Assembly (NCBI GenBank): GCA_964016885.1
Contig: OZ024757.1
Location: forward strand, 30,876,001-30,940,000
Direction of reading: 5' to 3'
DNA: 64,000 nt
From: Eledone cirrhosa
Taxonomy: Eukaryota
Program-made: the position numbers and the translations under genes
Notes under the pieces: model-generated
What the model was told of the DNA's origin: nothing
Seen by the model: the letters and a program-made list of their open reading frames with translations, nothing else
Databases searched by the model: none
Shown: piece by piece, positions 13,070-25,669 of the stretch
Layout: the number at the start of each line of letters is the position of its first letter
How positions within the stretch are numbered: the stretch's first letter is position 1

Positions 13070-13227
13070 AATGTAAACAGAAATAACAAAACAAACAACA
13101 CAGTACATGGAAGAAATATATTAGTTTAACGCTTGAAATAGCAGGAAGAGAGTCTTAACGTTTCAGACACTAGTCTTTCATCACAAGATAGTTAGAAATA
13201 GAAGATAAACAGAAAGTAAAGAGTGAT
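13070..13227 (-). mobile_element. Copy of the 2151-2308 hammerhead-bearing repeat, core mutated
   Basis: Reverse complement aligns with 2151-2308. The core reads GUGAUGA…GAAACGUU^AAGA. Confidence 0.55.
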
Positions 13228-13567
13228 GAGAGGAAGGAACGGGGTAAAATGAGGCAAAAAAATAGGGAGAAAAAACACGTTTGTACTCAGTTGGCCATAC
13301 TGTTGCTATATATTTATATTGTTGCTATCTGTTACATATATATATATATATATAAATATATATATATATATTGTTATACTTGGGGAGGGTCATATTGTTG
13401 TAATAATATTGCCAGAAATAATAACAGAACACACTCACTGTTTGGTTGGTTTTCGCTTCTGTATCTTTTGTATCTCCAGAGTTAATTCATTTGGCCATCA
13501 ATGTTTATCATTGACTGACCAACGGTCAAAAATACAGATATAAATACATATATATATATATAGTCTA

Positions 13568-13608
13568 ACAAAGTTCTTTCGTAGCACATCTGCAACATCA
13601 TCAGTGGT
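13568..13608 (-). ncRNA. Degenerate minimal hammerhead
   Basis: ACCA-CUGAUGA-U-GUUGCA/UGCUAC-GAAA-GAAC-UU^UGUU. Same GAAAGAACUU stem III as 51887-51929. Stems I and II each have one mismatch. Confidence 0.45.
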
Positions 13609-14020
13609 ACTATTATGTTCTTCCTGTTGTATTGTATGTCTAATAATTAACCAAGTATAACAATATTTGTTTTGACATACGATTTCATATCAAAAACCTC
13701 GCAAAACAAATATATATATATATATATATCTAGGGAGTGTAACTTGGAGTTACTGCAGGTTCACCCGGGTGAGCACTCGATGTTTAGGTTCACTTCTGTG
13801 TTGAGGTGTAGAGCTATACAGGGTGTATTATATTGAAAGGATAACAAGGACAATTGGTTACTCCTTCATTACATTTATTGGTAGGTGACGCGCGTTTCTT
13901 ATAGCAAAGGGTCCGTCGAGCTGCCCATTATTGAGTCGGGTAAGATCGATACAGATCGAACCTTGAACTGATCAGTGGCAATCGTCCTTGTTATCCTTTC
14001 AATATATATATATATATATA

Positions 14021-14305
14021 TCATCATCATCATCATTTCATTTTACGTCCGCTTTTTCCCTGCTTGCAAGGGTGGGACGGGAACTGATTTTGGCTTGATT
14101 TCTACAGCTGGATGCCCTTCCTAACACCAACCTCATTTACAGTGAGTGCTGGGTGCTTTTTTGCCGTGGCACCTGCACGACCACTTTGCAGTGGAATGAT
14201 AGGGACCCCAGTCCCTATCATCTCATTTCTACAGCTGAGTAAACTGGAGCAATGTGAAATAAAGTGTCTTGCTCAAGGAAACAACACATCACCCGGTCTG
14301 AGAAT
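14021..14305 (-). mobile_element. 5'-truncated composite SINE (conserved core plus RTE-type 3' tail, (GAT)n end)
   Basis: Reverse complement of the 52750-53043 sequence. Confidence 0.8.
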
Positions 14306-14475
14306 TGATGTGTTGTTTCCTTATATATATATATATATATATATATATCATCATCATCATCATCATCATCTTCGTTTAACGTCCATTTTCCATGCCAGCA
14401 TGGGTTAGACGGATATATATATATAATAAGATGATGCAAAGTAGTTTCAGATGTTAAAGTCTTTTATTGATAATA

Positions 14476-14538
14476 CTGTGATACACATTTCAATCATGAA
14501 AGTGCCCAACGATTCCGTGCCATGATCTCATCAGACAG
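14476..14538 (-). ncRNA. Type I hammerhead with a long stem II, decayed stem III
   Basis: CUGU-CUGAUGA-GAUCAUG…CAUGAUU-GAAA-UGUGUA-UC^ACAG. Stem III AUGUGUAU is two C>T changes from the palindrome AUGCGCAU. Confidence 0.6.
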
Positions 14539-14740
14539 CTTCTTACATAATAAGGTTATGTTCCCCGGGGCAATCCAAATTGAAATGACAAGGGAATGGA
14601 CAAAGATGACTTTGCTATCTTTTATCATCATTATCATCGTTTTATATGTATTTATATATATAAACTAGTGTTGCCGTCACTTGAATTTTTGTTGACATAT
14701 TCATTGCTATCTGTTTATAAATTGATTTTGTCATCACCAT

Positions 14741-14798
<58 letters not shown>

Positions 14799-14870
14799 GT
14801 ATGTATATATATATTGTATATATATATATATGTATGTATATATATATTGTATATATATATATATATATAT

Positions 14871-14937
<67 letters not shown>

Positions 14938-15294
14938 ATATATATATATATATATATATTGTATGTATATAGATTTATTTATATATATATATATATATAT
15001 GTGTGTGTATATATATATATATATATAGATATATGTATATATATGTGTATATATATGTATATATATATATATATGTGTATATATAGTTGCTATTGCTTGT
15101 GTGTGTATATGTGTGTGTGTGTGTACATATTTGTATACATTTATATTATATATATATATATATTTGGAGTGTTTGCTGTTTTTTTTTCTATTTTGTTTGT
15201 CATTTCCATCTCTTTCTCTCAGTTTCTGTTGCTGGTTTCTTTCTTTCCACCACACTCTCTTTTTCCCTCTCCCCACTCTCTCTTGATGTTGTTG

Positions 15295-15366
<72 letters not shown>

Positions 15367-16444
15367 TGCTGCTATTAGTCTGTCTCTGTCTCTTTTGTTG
15401 CCCCCCTCTCTCTCTTGTTGATCTCTCTCTCTCTCTCTCTCTCTAGTCTACCTCCTTCTCTTCTCTTTCTCTCTGTTTTTCTCTTGTTGCTCTTCATATC
15501 TTTCTCTCCTCAGCTCCCTGTCATCTTACCGCCCCCTCTCGCCTCTCCCCACCCTCTCAACCATGTAACAACACCTGTCTTGTTTGTATGACACCAGAAA
15601 TCTGTTTGCTTTAATCTAACATTACATTGCATTCTGCCTTAATGCACATAAAATGCATATTTGCATTGCTGCCACCTCTTTCTCTCTCTCTCTCTCACAC
15701 ACACACACATATATATATATATGCACATTCCCTCTTACACATATGCACACATATACATATATATATATATAGAGAGAGAGACATTCCTTCCTACACACAC
15801 ACACACACACATATATATATAAATGCACATTCCTCCTACATATATGTACACATATATATATTGACATTCCCTCGCACACACACACACTTTCTCTCCAACA
15901 CACACACAAACATATATGCGCCCCTCCTACTCACACACACACACACACATTTCCCCCTTATACACACACACTCCTCTCTCTCTCTCACACATACACTCCT
16001 CTCACACATACACACACACTCCCCCAATACACACACACCTCTCACACATACACATACACACCTCTCTCACACACACACCTCTCACACATACACACACATT
16101 CCCCCCATACACACACATACACACCTCTCACACACCCACACATTCCCCCTATATACGTACATACACACACACCTCTCTCTCACACACACACACATTCCCC
16201 CTATACACACACATACACCTCTCTCACACACACACCTCTCTCTCACACACACACACCTCTCAAACATACACACACATTCCCCCTTACACACACATACACA
16301 CACACCTCTCACACACACACACACCTCACACATACACACACATTCCCCCTTACACACACACTCTTGTCTCTCTCTCTTTCATCTCCACAAGTCAATAATG
16401 GACATATTCTGTTCAGTGAGTAGAGATCTAAATAATGCACATGT

Positions 16445-16471
<27 letters not shown>

Positions 16472-16475
<4 letters not shown>

Positions 16476-16665
16476 TTAATATAGATGAGATTCTACAGGA
16501 CTAGAACTGTTTCATTCATTAGAAATCATCAGGATTCCTGATGATTTCTAATGAATGAAACAGTTCTAGTCCTGTAGAATCTCATCTATATTAAAACTGT
16601 TATACTCTGCTATGTATTGAGTACCTTACTTACTGTGGTTACCTCCGATTCAACCCGGAATAACG
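16472..16665 (+). mobile_element. Fold-back hammerhead insertion in (TA)n: perfect 63-bp-arm palindrome plus a 3' tail
   Basis: 16472-16534 is the exact reverse complement of 16536-16598. The tail 16599-16665 resembles 51020-51090. (TA)n lies on both sides. Confidence 0.9.
16532..16582 (+). ncRNA. Type I hammerhead ribozyme (mirror copy on the minus strand)
   Basis: GGAUUC-CUGAUGA-UUUCUAAUGAAU-GAAA-CAG[UUCUAGUC]CUG-UA^GAAUCU. Stem I is 6 bp and stem III is ACAG/CUGU. Predicted cut after 16576. Confidence 0.8.
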
Positions 16666-16701
16666 TATATATATATATATATATATATATACATACATAC
16701 T

Positions 16702-16741
<40 letters not shown>

Positions 16742-16751
16742 CATACATACT

Positions 16752-16795
<44 letters not shown>

Positions 16796-16801
16796 AGTAT
16801 G

Positions 16802-16832
<31 letters not shown>

Positions 16833-16841
16833 ATACATACT

Positions 16842-16905
<64 letters not shown>

Positions 16906-16907
16906 AG

Positions 16908-16945
<38 letters not shown>

Positions 16946-16981
16946 AGTATGTATATATATATATATATATATATACATACT

Positions 16982-17014
<33 letters not shown>

Positions 17015-18319
17015 ATACATACATACATACTTATATACATATATATATATATATATACACACATATATTTACATACATACATATATACATATTTACATAC
17101 ATACATATTTACATACATATATACATATTTACATATATATATATATACTTAGATATATACATACACATCTACATACATACATGTATACATACATACACAT
17201 ATGCATACACACACACATACATACATACACACATACATGCATACATACATACACACATACCATACATACATACATACCATACATACACACACACATACAT
17301 ACATACAGTCATTCATACATACATACGTACATATATATATATATATATATACATATTACATACATTTGTATGTATTTTTGTATACATTATATATATGTAC
17401 ACATTACATTTATGTATACAACCCATGCTAGCATGGAAAATGGATGTTAAACGATGATGATGATGATGATACATACATGTATGTAGGTATATATATATAT
17501 ATATATATATATACCTACATGTATACATTACATATATATATATATATACATGTATACATAAATACCTGCATACATTTTTGTATACATGTATACATGTATA
17601 TATGTATGTATGTATACATATACTTATACATACATGTATTTATTCATATATTTATGTACTCTTGCTCACAGACGAATAATTTTGTACACACACACACAAT
17701 ACAAAGACACACACACAATACAAAGACACACACGCAAACACACAATTACACAGCCACACAAACACACTCATACATGCAATCATACAGACACAGACTCACG
17801 AACACAGCCATTGCCAACTCATAAAGACACACACACACAGATACGCACACATACTGACACACATGCACACATACACACACATACAAACACATACTGACAC
17901 ACACATACACACGCATACAAATACAGATACATGCAGTCTCCACACACAGACATGCTTACACGTTGACAGTCCCTGCACACAGACACACACACAGATAAAG
18001 ACACATACACACACAGATAAAGACGCATACACACACTGACATACACACACAGACACACACACAGATAAAGACATACACACACAGACATATACACACATAC
18101 ATACACACAGATAAAGACACATACACTGACATACACACAGAGACACACAAAGACACATACACACACTGACATACACACACTGACATACACATACACACAC
18201 AGACATACACACACATTGGAATGTTGTGTTCTGGTATTAATGAAGATAAAAGACAGACTTAAATTCTGGAGATTTCTTCAGTCAGTGGAATGGTAAGACA
18301 CTCCTCACAAATATTTCAC

Positions 18320-18975
18320 TACCACCTCTACACTACACCACCACACCACACCACACCACACTGTGGTATACTGCACCACACTATACTACACTGCACCACA
18401 CTACACTGTGCTATACTGCACCACACTACACTGTGCTATACTGCACCACACTATACTACACTGCACTACACCACACTGTGCTGTACTGTATCACACTACA
18501 CTACACTGTACTACACCACACTGTGCTATACTGCACCACACTACATTGTGCTATACTGCACCACACTATACTACACTACACTACACCGCACCACACTACA
18601 CTGCACTACACCACACTACACTACACTACACCATACCACACTATACTGCACCACACCATACCATACCACACCACATTACACTTCACTACACTACACCACA
18701 CTACATGTCACCACACTACACCACACTAAACCGCACTATACTGGCACCACACCCCACTACATGATACCACACCACACTGCACTATACTGCACTACACCAC
18801 ACCACACTGCACTACACCACACCACACTGCGCCACACTGCACCACACTACACCACACCACACTATACCACACCACACCACATGATACTACACCACACCAT
18901 ACTATACTACACACACCACATGATATTACACCACACCATACTATATCACACACCACTACATTACACTACACTACA
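18320..18975. repeat. Degenerate (CACTA/CACCA)n pentanucleotide satellite
   Basis: 5-bp periodicity throughout; it explains the His/Thr/Tyr-rich ORFs. Confidence 0.9.
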
Positions 18976-18979
18976 CATC

Positions 18980-19280
18980 ATAAAGGAGTGTAACTCTATG
19001 CTGCAAAGCATGGTGTCCGACACTCTACCGATCCTGCCAATCTACTGCCCTAGTAATAATAATAATAATAATGGTTTCTTATATAGGTACAAGGCCAGTA
19101 ATTTTTTTTTTGAGGGGGAGGAAAGAGTTGATTAGATCAACCTCAGTGCATTACTGGTACTTTATTTTATCGACCCCCGTAAGGATGAAAGCAATGTTAA
19201 CCTCGGCAGGATTTGAACTCAGACCGTAAAGGGGCGTAACTCTATGCTGCAAAGCATGGTGTCTGATCCTCTACCGATTT
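18980..19280 (-). mobile_element. tRNA-derived SINE with a Nin/Deu-like central domain (tandem partial copies)
   Basis: Reverse complement of GAGTTCAAATCC.GCCGAGGTTAAC.TTGCTTTCATCCTTACGGGGTCGATAAAATAAAGTACCAG, as in 47958-48145. Confidence 0.75.
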
Positions 19281-19516
19281 GAGAATGATCCCTGGTTTTC
19301 CCTCTCTGTAAAAAATTGTTTTAACTGGTACTACACATGTATTGAGAAGAGCAATATCTCTCTAAAAATTATAATAAATTTGATATCTTAACTGGCTCAC
19401 CAATGTATACAGTGAGTTTATTTGCCCTAGGAGTCAGGAAGACACTCGTCATATAACAGAAACAATACTGAAGGAAAAAGAAAAACAATGAGAACAATAA
19501 TGTAATGTGGACTTAC

Positions 19517-19675
19517 TATGTTAACAAATTCCTGGTACGAAAGATGATCAACTGTATTCATCTTCGAGCCGAGGATATCCAATTTATGGGATGGAATTTC
19601 CTCTTGAAATTGTGGATCAACCATTAACTCTTGGAAATCTTGTTTACTGATTTCTCCCTTGCCAAGTATATCGTA
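19517..19675 (-). CDS. Internal coding exon (53 codons, phase 0/0): EF-hand region of a rhomboid-related intramembrane protease, RHBDL1/RHBDL3/Rhomboid-4-like
   Basis: Acceptor TTTCTTTTTCTTCTTTTTCAG ends at 19676 and donor GTAAGT starts at 19516. Encodes YDILGKGEISKQDFQELMVDPQFQEEIPSHKLDILGSKMNTVDHLSYQEFVNI, an EF-hand pair (D..G.G.IS…F / LSYQEFV). From memory it resembles the vertebrate RHBDL3 N-terminus; the family call needs BLAST. Confidence 0.8.
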
Positions 19676-19796
19676 CTGAAAAAGAAGAAAAAGAAATATT
19701 AGTATTGACACAGCTGTATATTGTATGCACCACCCCCTCACCAGCCTCTCATACCTCTCTCATGAGGACAGGCTGTAGCATTCATCTAGTGAAGAC

Positions 19797-20412
19797 GCCA
19801 GCCCACACTGTAAAGTGGTTGTGATGGTGACACAGCAAAAAGCACCCAGTTCACATTGTAAAGTGGTTGTGTAGGTGTCACTTCAAAAAGCACCCAGACC
19901 ACACTGTAAAGTGGTCGTGTAGGTGTCATGACAAAAGGTGCCCAGACCACACTGTAAAGTGGTCGTCTAGGTGTCATGACAAAAGGTGCCCAGACCACAC
20001 TGTAAAGTGGTCGTCTAGGTGTCATGACAAAAAGCACCCAGACCACACTGTAAAGTGGTCGTGATGGCAACACAACCAAAAGCACCTAACCCAAACTTTA
20101 AAGTGGTTGTGTAGGTGTCACGACAAAAAGCACCCAGCCCAACAGTAAAGTTGTCATGTAGGTGTCACAACAAAAAGCACCCAGCCCACACTGTAAAGTG
20201 GTTGTGTAGGAGTCACTACAAAAAGCACCCAGCCTACACTATAAATGTGGTTGACGTTAGGAAGGGCATCCAGCCAGAGAGACCAAGCCAGAAACGGTTC
20301 TGTGTGAGCAAGACACAATCACCGAACCCAACTTGCCTCAAATGGGACAACCCGTCTAACCCATGCTAGAGTGGAAAAATGGACATTAAATGGGGTGATG
20401 ATGATGATGATG
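19797..20412 (+). repeat. 48-bp minisatellite (~9.5 copies) expanded from a LINE/SINE 3' tail, ending in the normal tail and (GAT)n
   Basis: CACACTGTAAAGTGG recurs every 48 bp (19804, 19900, 19948, 19996, 20044). It is followed by GTTAGGAAGGGCATCCAGC…AACCCATGC…GATGATGAT. Confidence 0.85.
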
Positions 20413-20978
20413 ACAGCTGTATTTCACAGTAACACCGACACATTTTTATATTGAAATACTTCGTCATAATCTATTTTACTAATATAGAATCTACTGGAGA
20501 AATTTCTAAGTGTGTTTAGCTGTGAAAAAAATGAATTATTCCTCATGATAATTTCCTAAGTTAAGTGAAAATGGCCCCAAAAAAGCAAAAAAAAAACCCA
20601 CTATTTTCTCTAAGGACTGTGGTGGGGATTTTTGTGAAATTTCTTGAAACTTAAAAGTGATAAAATTTTCATCTTAACTGTTATATACTGACCTATGGTA
20701 ATAAGAAGTAAGATCTCCAGGGTACCGAGTTGATAATTGCAAATACATTTGACATTAAGTTAGATGGAATGTTGCCAAATTTCATCAAAATGAGAAACAT
20801 CTAAGCAATATATATATATATATATATATATATAGGTTTACATATACATAAACTAGACAGAACCATAGATATATGTATGTGTTATTGGCTTTAATTGATT
20901 TTTTTGTGTAGTTAATTATGCTGATTGGGAGGAGAAATACTGTATATATTTTATCAAATGATTCTATGGACTTACTTT

Positions 20979-21021
<43 letters not shown>

Positions 21022-21111
21022 GTATGTGTGTGTGTGTGTGTATGTATGTATGTGTGTGTATGTATGTATGTGTGTGTGTGTGTATATGTGTGTGTATGTA
21101 TATGTGTGTAT

Positions 21112-21142
<31 letters not shown>

Positions 21143-21360
21143 CATATACAATTGCCTGGTCTGATAAACGAACGAGGACGTTTTTCGTATTCGTCTTATT
21201 CAGGAAACCTCTGGTAATGAGGTAATTATATTGTATTGTTTATTATACATTAAATTTAGCTCTGCTACTTACATAGAGCACTCTTCACTCCTATGACTTT
21301 TTCAATTTTCAACGGAAACTTCAATATATATACATATATATATAGCTATATTCAGTTATA

Positions 21361-21612
21361 TTTCCTTGAGCAAGACACTTTATTTCACATTGCTCCAGTT
21401 TACTCAGCTGTAGAAATGAGATTGTAGGGACTGGGGTCCATATCATTCCACTGCAAAGTGGTCGTGTAGGCGCCACGGCAAAAAAGCACCCAGCACTCAC
21501 TGTAAAGGAAGTTGGTGTTAGAAAGGGCATCCAGCTGTAGAAATCAAGCCAGAATCAGTTCCCGTCCCACCCTTGCAAGCAGGGAAAAGTGGACGTAAAA
21601 TGAAATGATGAT
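21361..21612 (+). mobile_element. 5'-truncated composite SINE (core plus RTE-type tail)
   Basis: Matches 52778-53030. Confidence 0.8.
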
Positions 21613-22319
21613 ATATATATATAAAGCTCTTACTAATTGACACTAATAAAAGAATGATTCAACTTAGTATTTTGTACTTTAAGGCCACTAGAATGTACAT
21701 ATTCAATACCATCGCCAACATCACCATTTTAGATCCATTCTATGCTAGCATGGGTTGGGTAACATGTTTTGAGGCAATGTCTTACAACCAGATGCCCTTT
21801 CTGATGGCAACATTTTTAATTGTATCTCACAACTTGGAGGGAGACTGTGTATTGTGTATATACTAAAAACCACGATACATGTGATTATCATTTTCATTAT
21901 CAACACACACACACGCGCACACATACACACACATACACACACATACACACATACACACATACACACATACACACACATACACACATGCACTTGTCTTATA
22001 CTGAACTGAAATGAAAATCTTATTGTTAGACAAATAGAATCATTAAGTAGGTGTATACATATGTATGTATGTAGGTACATATGTAAGTATGTGTGTAGGA
22101 ACATATGTATGTAGGTACATATGTATTTATGTAGGCACATATGTATATATGTTTTCTCTTTCTCTTAATTTTGAGTATATTTTTTTGACCGGCCACCTTC
22201 CTGGTGGCAAGGTTGTATGTACGTATGTATGTATGTATGTATGCATGTATATGTGTGTGTGTGCGTGTATATATGTGTGTATGCATGTATATATATATAT
22301 GTATGTATGTTTATGTATG

Positions 22320-22390
<71 letters not shown>

Positions 22391-22718
22391 ATGTATATAT
22401 GTATGTGTGTGTATGTATGTATATGTTATCTCTTTCTCTTAATTTCGAGTATATTTTTTTGACCGGCCACATATGTATGTACGTATGTATGTATGTGTGT
22501 ATGTATATGTACGTATGTATATGTACGTACGTATGTATGTGTGTATATATATATATGTATGTATACATGTATATTGCAAAACCAATATTTGGTGACAAAA
22601 TTAATTAAGAGAAAACAATAAATTTCATTTATCATTAATTAACAACTGAAATATATATATATATACATACATATACATACTTACATACATATATATATAT
22701 ATATATACATACTTACAT

Positions 22719-22773
<55 letters not shown>

Positions 22774-23330
22774 CACTTACATATGTATGTAAGTGTATAT
22801 ATATATATATACACATACATATATATATAGATACACATACTTACATACACATACATATATATATATACACATACTTACATACAAATACATACATACATAT
22901 GTATGTAAGTGTATATATATATATATACACATACATATATATATATATACACATACTTACATACACATACATATATATATATATACACATACTTACATAC
23001 ACATACATACATATATATATATACACATACTTACATACATATATATATATATATACATACTTACATACACACATATAAATACATATACATACTTACACGC
23101 ATCTATATGTATCATATAAATCATTTGATTTGCTTCTCACTCTCTCTCCCTCTTCTCTCCTGTTCTCTCACACACTCCCTCTCAGTCTTTCTACCCTTCC
23201 CTCTTGCTCCCCCCCCTCTCTCTCTCTCTTACTCTCTCAACACAAGCTGATCTTGTTTACGATAGCTCGTTATACACACTGGCGTCAGAAACTATATAAA
23301 ATAGATTCTATACTTGCGATATATAAATAC

Positions 23331-23375
<45 letters not shown>

Positions 23376-23484
23376 AATATAGTAATAAATATATATATAT
23401 ACATATTTATATATATATATACATATATCATCATCATCATCATCCTTTAACGTCCATCTTCCACGCTTGCATGGGTTTGGACGG

Positions 23485-23515
<31 letters not shown>

Positions 23516-23540
23516 ATATATACATATATATATACATATA

Positions 23541-23617
<77 letters not shown>

Positions 23618-23622
23618 GTGTA

Positions 23623-23701
<79 letters not shown>

Positions 23702-23962
23702 GAAAATAGAGAAATTAATGTGAACAAGAAGCCAACAGTATTTCATAATATATAAGTGACTATAACGTCAAGATGGAAAATATTTAACGTAAGATATGGG
23801 AAAATAATTCAAACTCAATTCAAAAAGAGTCAAGACAGAAATTTTATCCACAGATTTTGTGAAATCCAGGGAAAAAAACCAATAGAGTCTTAACTCAGAA
23901 TAAAATTAAGGTTAAATACTCATCCTTCAATTTGGAAAAAAAAAATATATATATATATACAC

Positions 23963-23993
<31 letters not shown>

Positions 23994-24023
23994 TATATAT
24001 ATATATACACATATATATATATA

Positions 24024-24070
<47 letters not shown>

Positions 24071-24093
24071 TATATATATATATATATACAAAC

Positions 24094-24126
<33 letters not shown>

Positions 24127-24134
24127 TATATATA

Positions 24135-24779
24135 TAAAATATAATATGTTGAGAAGGTAACACACCAGAGAGAGATATATAGTGCGTTATCAATAATACA
24201 GGGAAAAAAACCACCAGTGTATGGAATCTATAACCTATGAAAGGCAGACTATAGACACGATAATTAAAAATATAAATTAAAGCGTAAATAGATACCTCTA
24301 TAACTATATAACACACGTACAAATCCAAAGATATGTTTCACCAAAAAATTTGTTGAAAGAAATGGTCTAGTCTCGGTTCATCAGCGTGTGTAAGGCCATA
24401 CATTTCAGACAACACTAAGAGAATTTTACAATTGACTGTCCAGCTACACGTGGGAGAGAGAAGTCACAGCGTGTTTAAGGGCAGTGAACCAGTGGCCTCT
24501 GAGAGACGAACTGCTAGAAAGGGAAGCCCAAAGCCACTCAGAGAAGTGTGCTCAACCAAACAGAGATAGGAAAGGCTGTTATTAGGAGCAAAATATCACG
24601 ATAAATTAACGGAGGCATAGGCCGTCGTTTTTTTCCCTGTATTATTGATAACGCACTATATATCTCTCTCTGGTGTGTTACCTTCTCAACATATTATATT
24701 TTAAAGGGCTCAGGATCTCTTCCCCTTTGAGCACATTATTTACAGGGAATAATGACGGCCTATGCCTCCGTTAATTTAT

Positions 24780-24787
<8 letters not shown>
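24135..24787. mobile_element. Hammerhead-bearing fold-back insertion in (TA)n with circularly permuted arms
   Basis: 24135-24211 is the reverse complement of 24627-24703 (77 bp). 24593-24626 is the reverse complement of 24754-24787 (34 bp). (TA)n lies on both sides. Confidence 0.85.
24311..24391 (-). ncRNA. Type I hammerhead ribozyme with a full stem III
   Basis: ACACACG-CUGAUGA-ACCGAGA…UUUUGGU-GAAA-CAUAUC[UUUG]GAUUUG-UA^CGUGUGU. Stem I is a perfect 7 bp. Predicted GUA^ cut between 24318 and 24317. Confidence 0.8.
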
Positions 24788-24856
<69 letters not shown>

Positions 24857-24898
24857 TAGTCAAACATGTAAAATTTGGCGTCGTTTATTATAAATTCT

Positions 24899-24951
24899 CT
24901 GCTATATATATTTCGGTGACAGCTATCATTGGCTGTGACCTCTTCAGGCAG
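24899..24951 (-). ncRNA. Minimal type I hammerhead (family shared with 61942-61997)
   Basis: CUGC-CUGAAGA-GGUCACAGC[CAAUGAUA]GCUGUCACC-GAAA-UAUAUA-UA^GCAG. Confidence 0.8.
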
Positions 24952-25072
24952 TCCGAATTAGTGTGGAAAAGATAGGTACACATGTTGTTGAAGTGTGTTC
25001 CACTCTGTCAATACATCGATATGTCCAGCTCCTGGGTGTGTTGTTAGTCCTCCGAGGAACTGGAATCATATT

Positions 25073-25121
<49 letters not shown>

Positions 25122-25290
25122 ATATATAGATAAATATACACGGGTGTGTATGATTGTGTATAGAAGATTATATTAATAAAAGGAATTCCAACTTTGTCTG
25201 ATTTACTCGTTTTATTTACAATCCTTTAAAATTTATAATGGTATTAGAATGAAATAGTATGATAGAATATTAAATGTTAAGTGTTAATTG

Positions 25291-25325
25291 AACAAGTACT
25301 TTCATGCTTTCGCATTCTTCAGGTT
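25291..25325 (-). ncRNA. Minimal type I hammerhead
   Basis: AAC-CUGAAGA-AUGC[GAAA]GCAU-GAAA-GUAC-UU^GUU. Stem II is GNRA-capped and stem III is palindromic (AGUACU). Confidence 0.7.
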
Positions 25326-25669
25326 TATATTATGTGGTGACAGTCAAGTTTGCAATTTTCACAGTTGAAAATTGATGGTGATGATGATGATGATTGTGAA
25401 GTTAATGGCGTCAAAAAGAACATAAAATTTATTCAATATTTTCTTCGAAATATTATTTCTCTCTTGTGACAGAAACATTGTTCCTCGTGAACTGATTTTT
25501 TCCTTCCTCACTAAAACTTCATCTAAATATGATGACATAAGCAATTAATGACACTTAGCTAATTACATGCATCGTTAGACTAATCAAATGCAAAGGAAAT
25601 GATACATATTATTAGTTTTAGTTTTATTGCACAACTGAGATTAGTTTTGTGTGTGAGAGAGTGTTTGTA

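Noticed and set aside
18290-19135. His/Thr-rich 281-aa ORF
   Set aside because: It is a pentanucleotide satellite followed by SINE sequence.
19427-19741. Whole 104-aa ORF as a single-exon gene
   Set aside because: The hydrophobic flanks are intronic polypyrimidine and post-donor sequence; only 19517-19675 is bounded by splice sites.
21155-21222. Hammerhead-like CUGAUAA…GAAACCUCUGGUA
   Set aside because: The core G8 is mutated and stems I and II are poor; at most a decayed copy.
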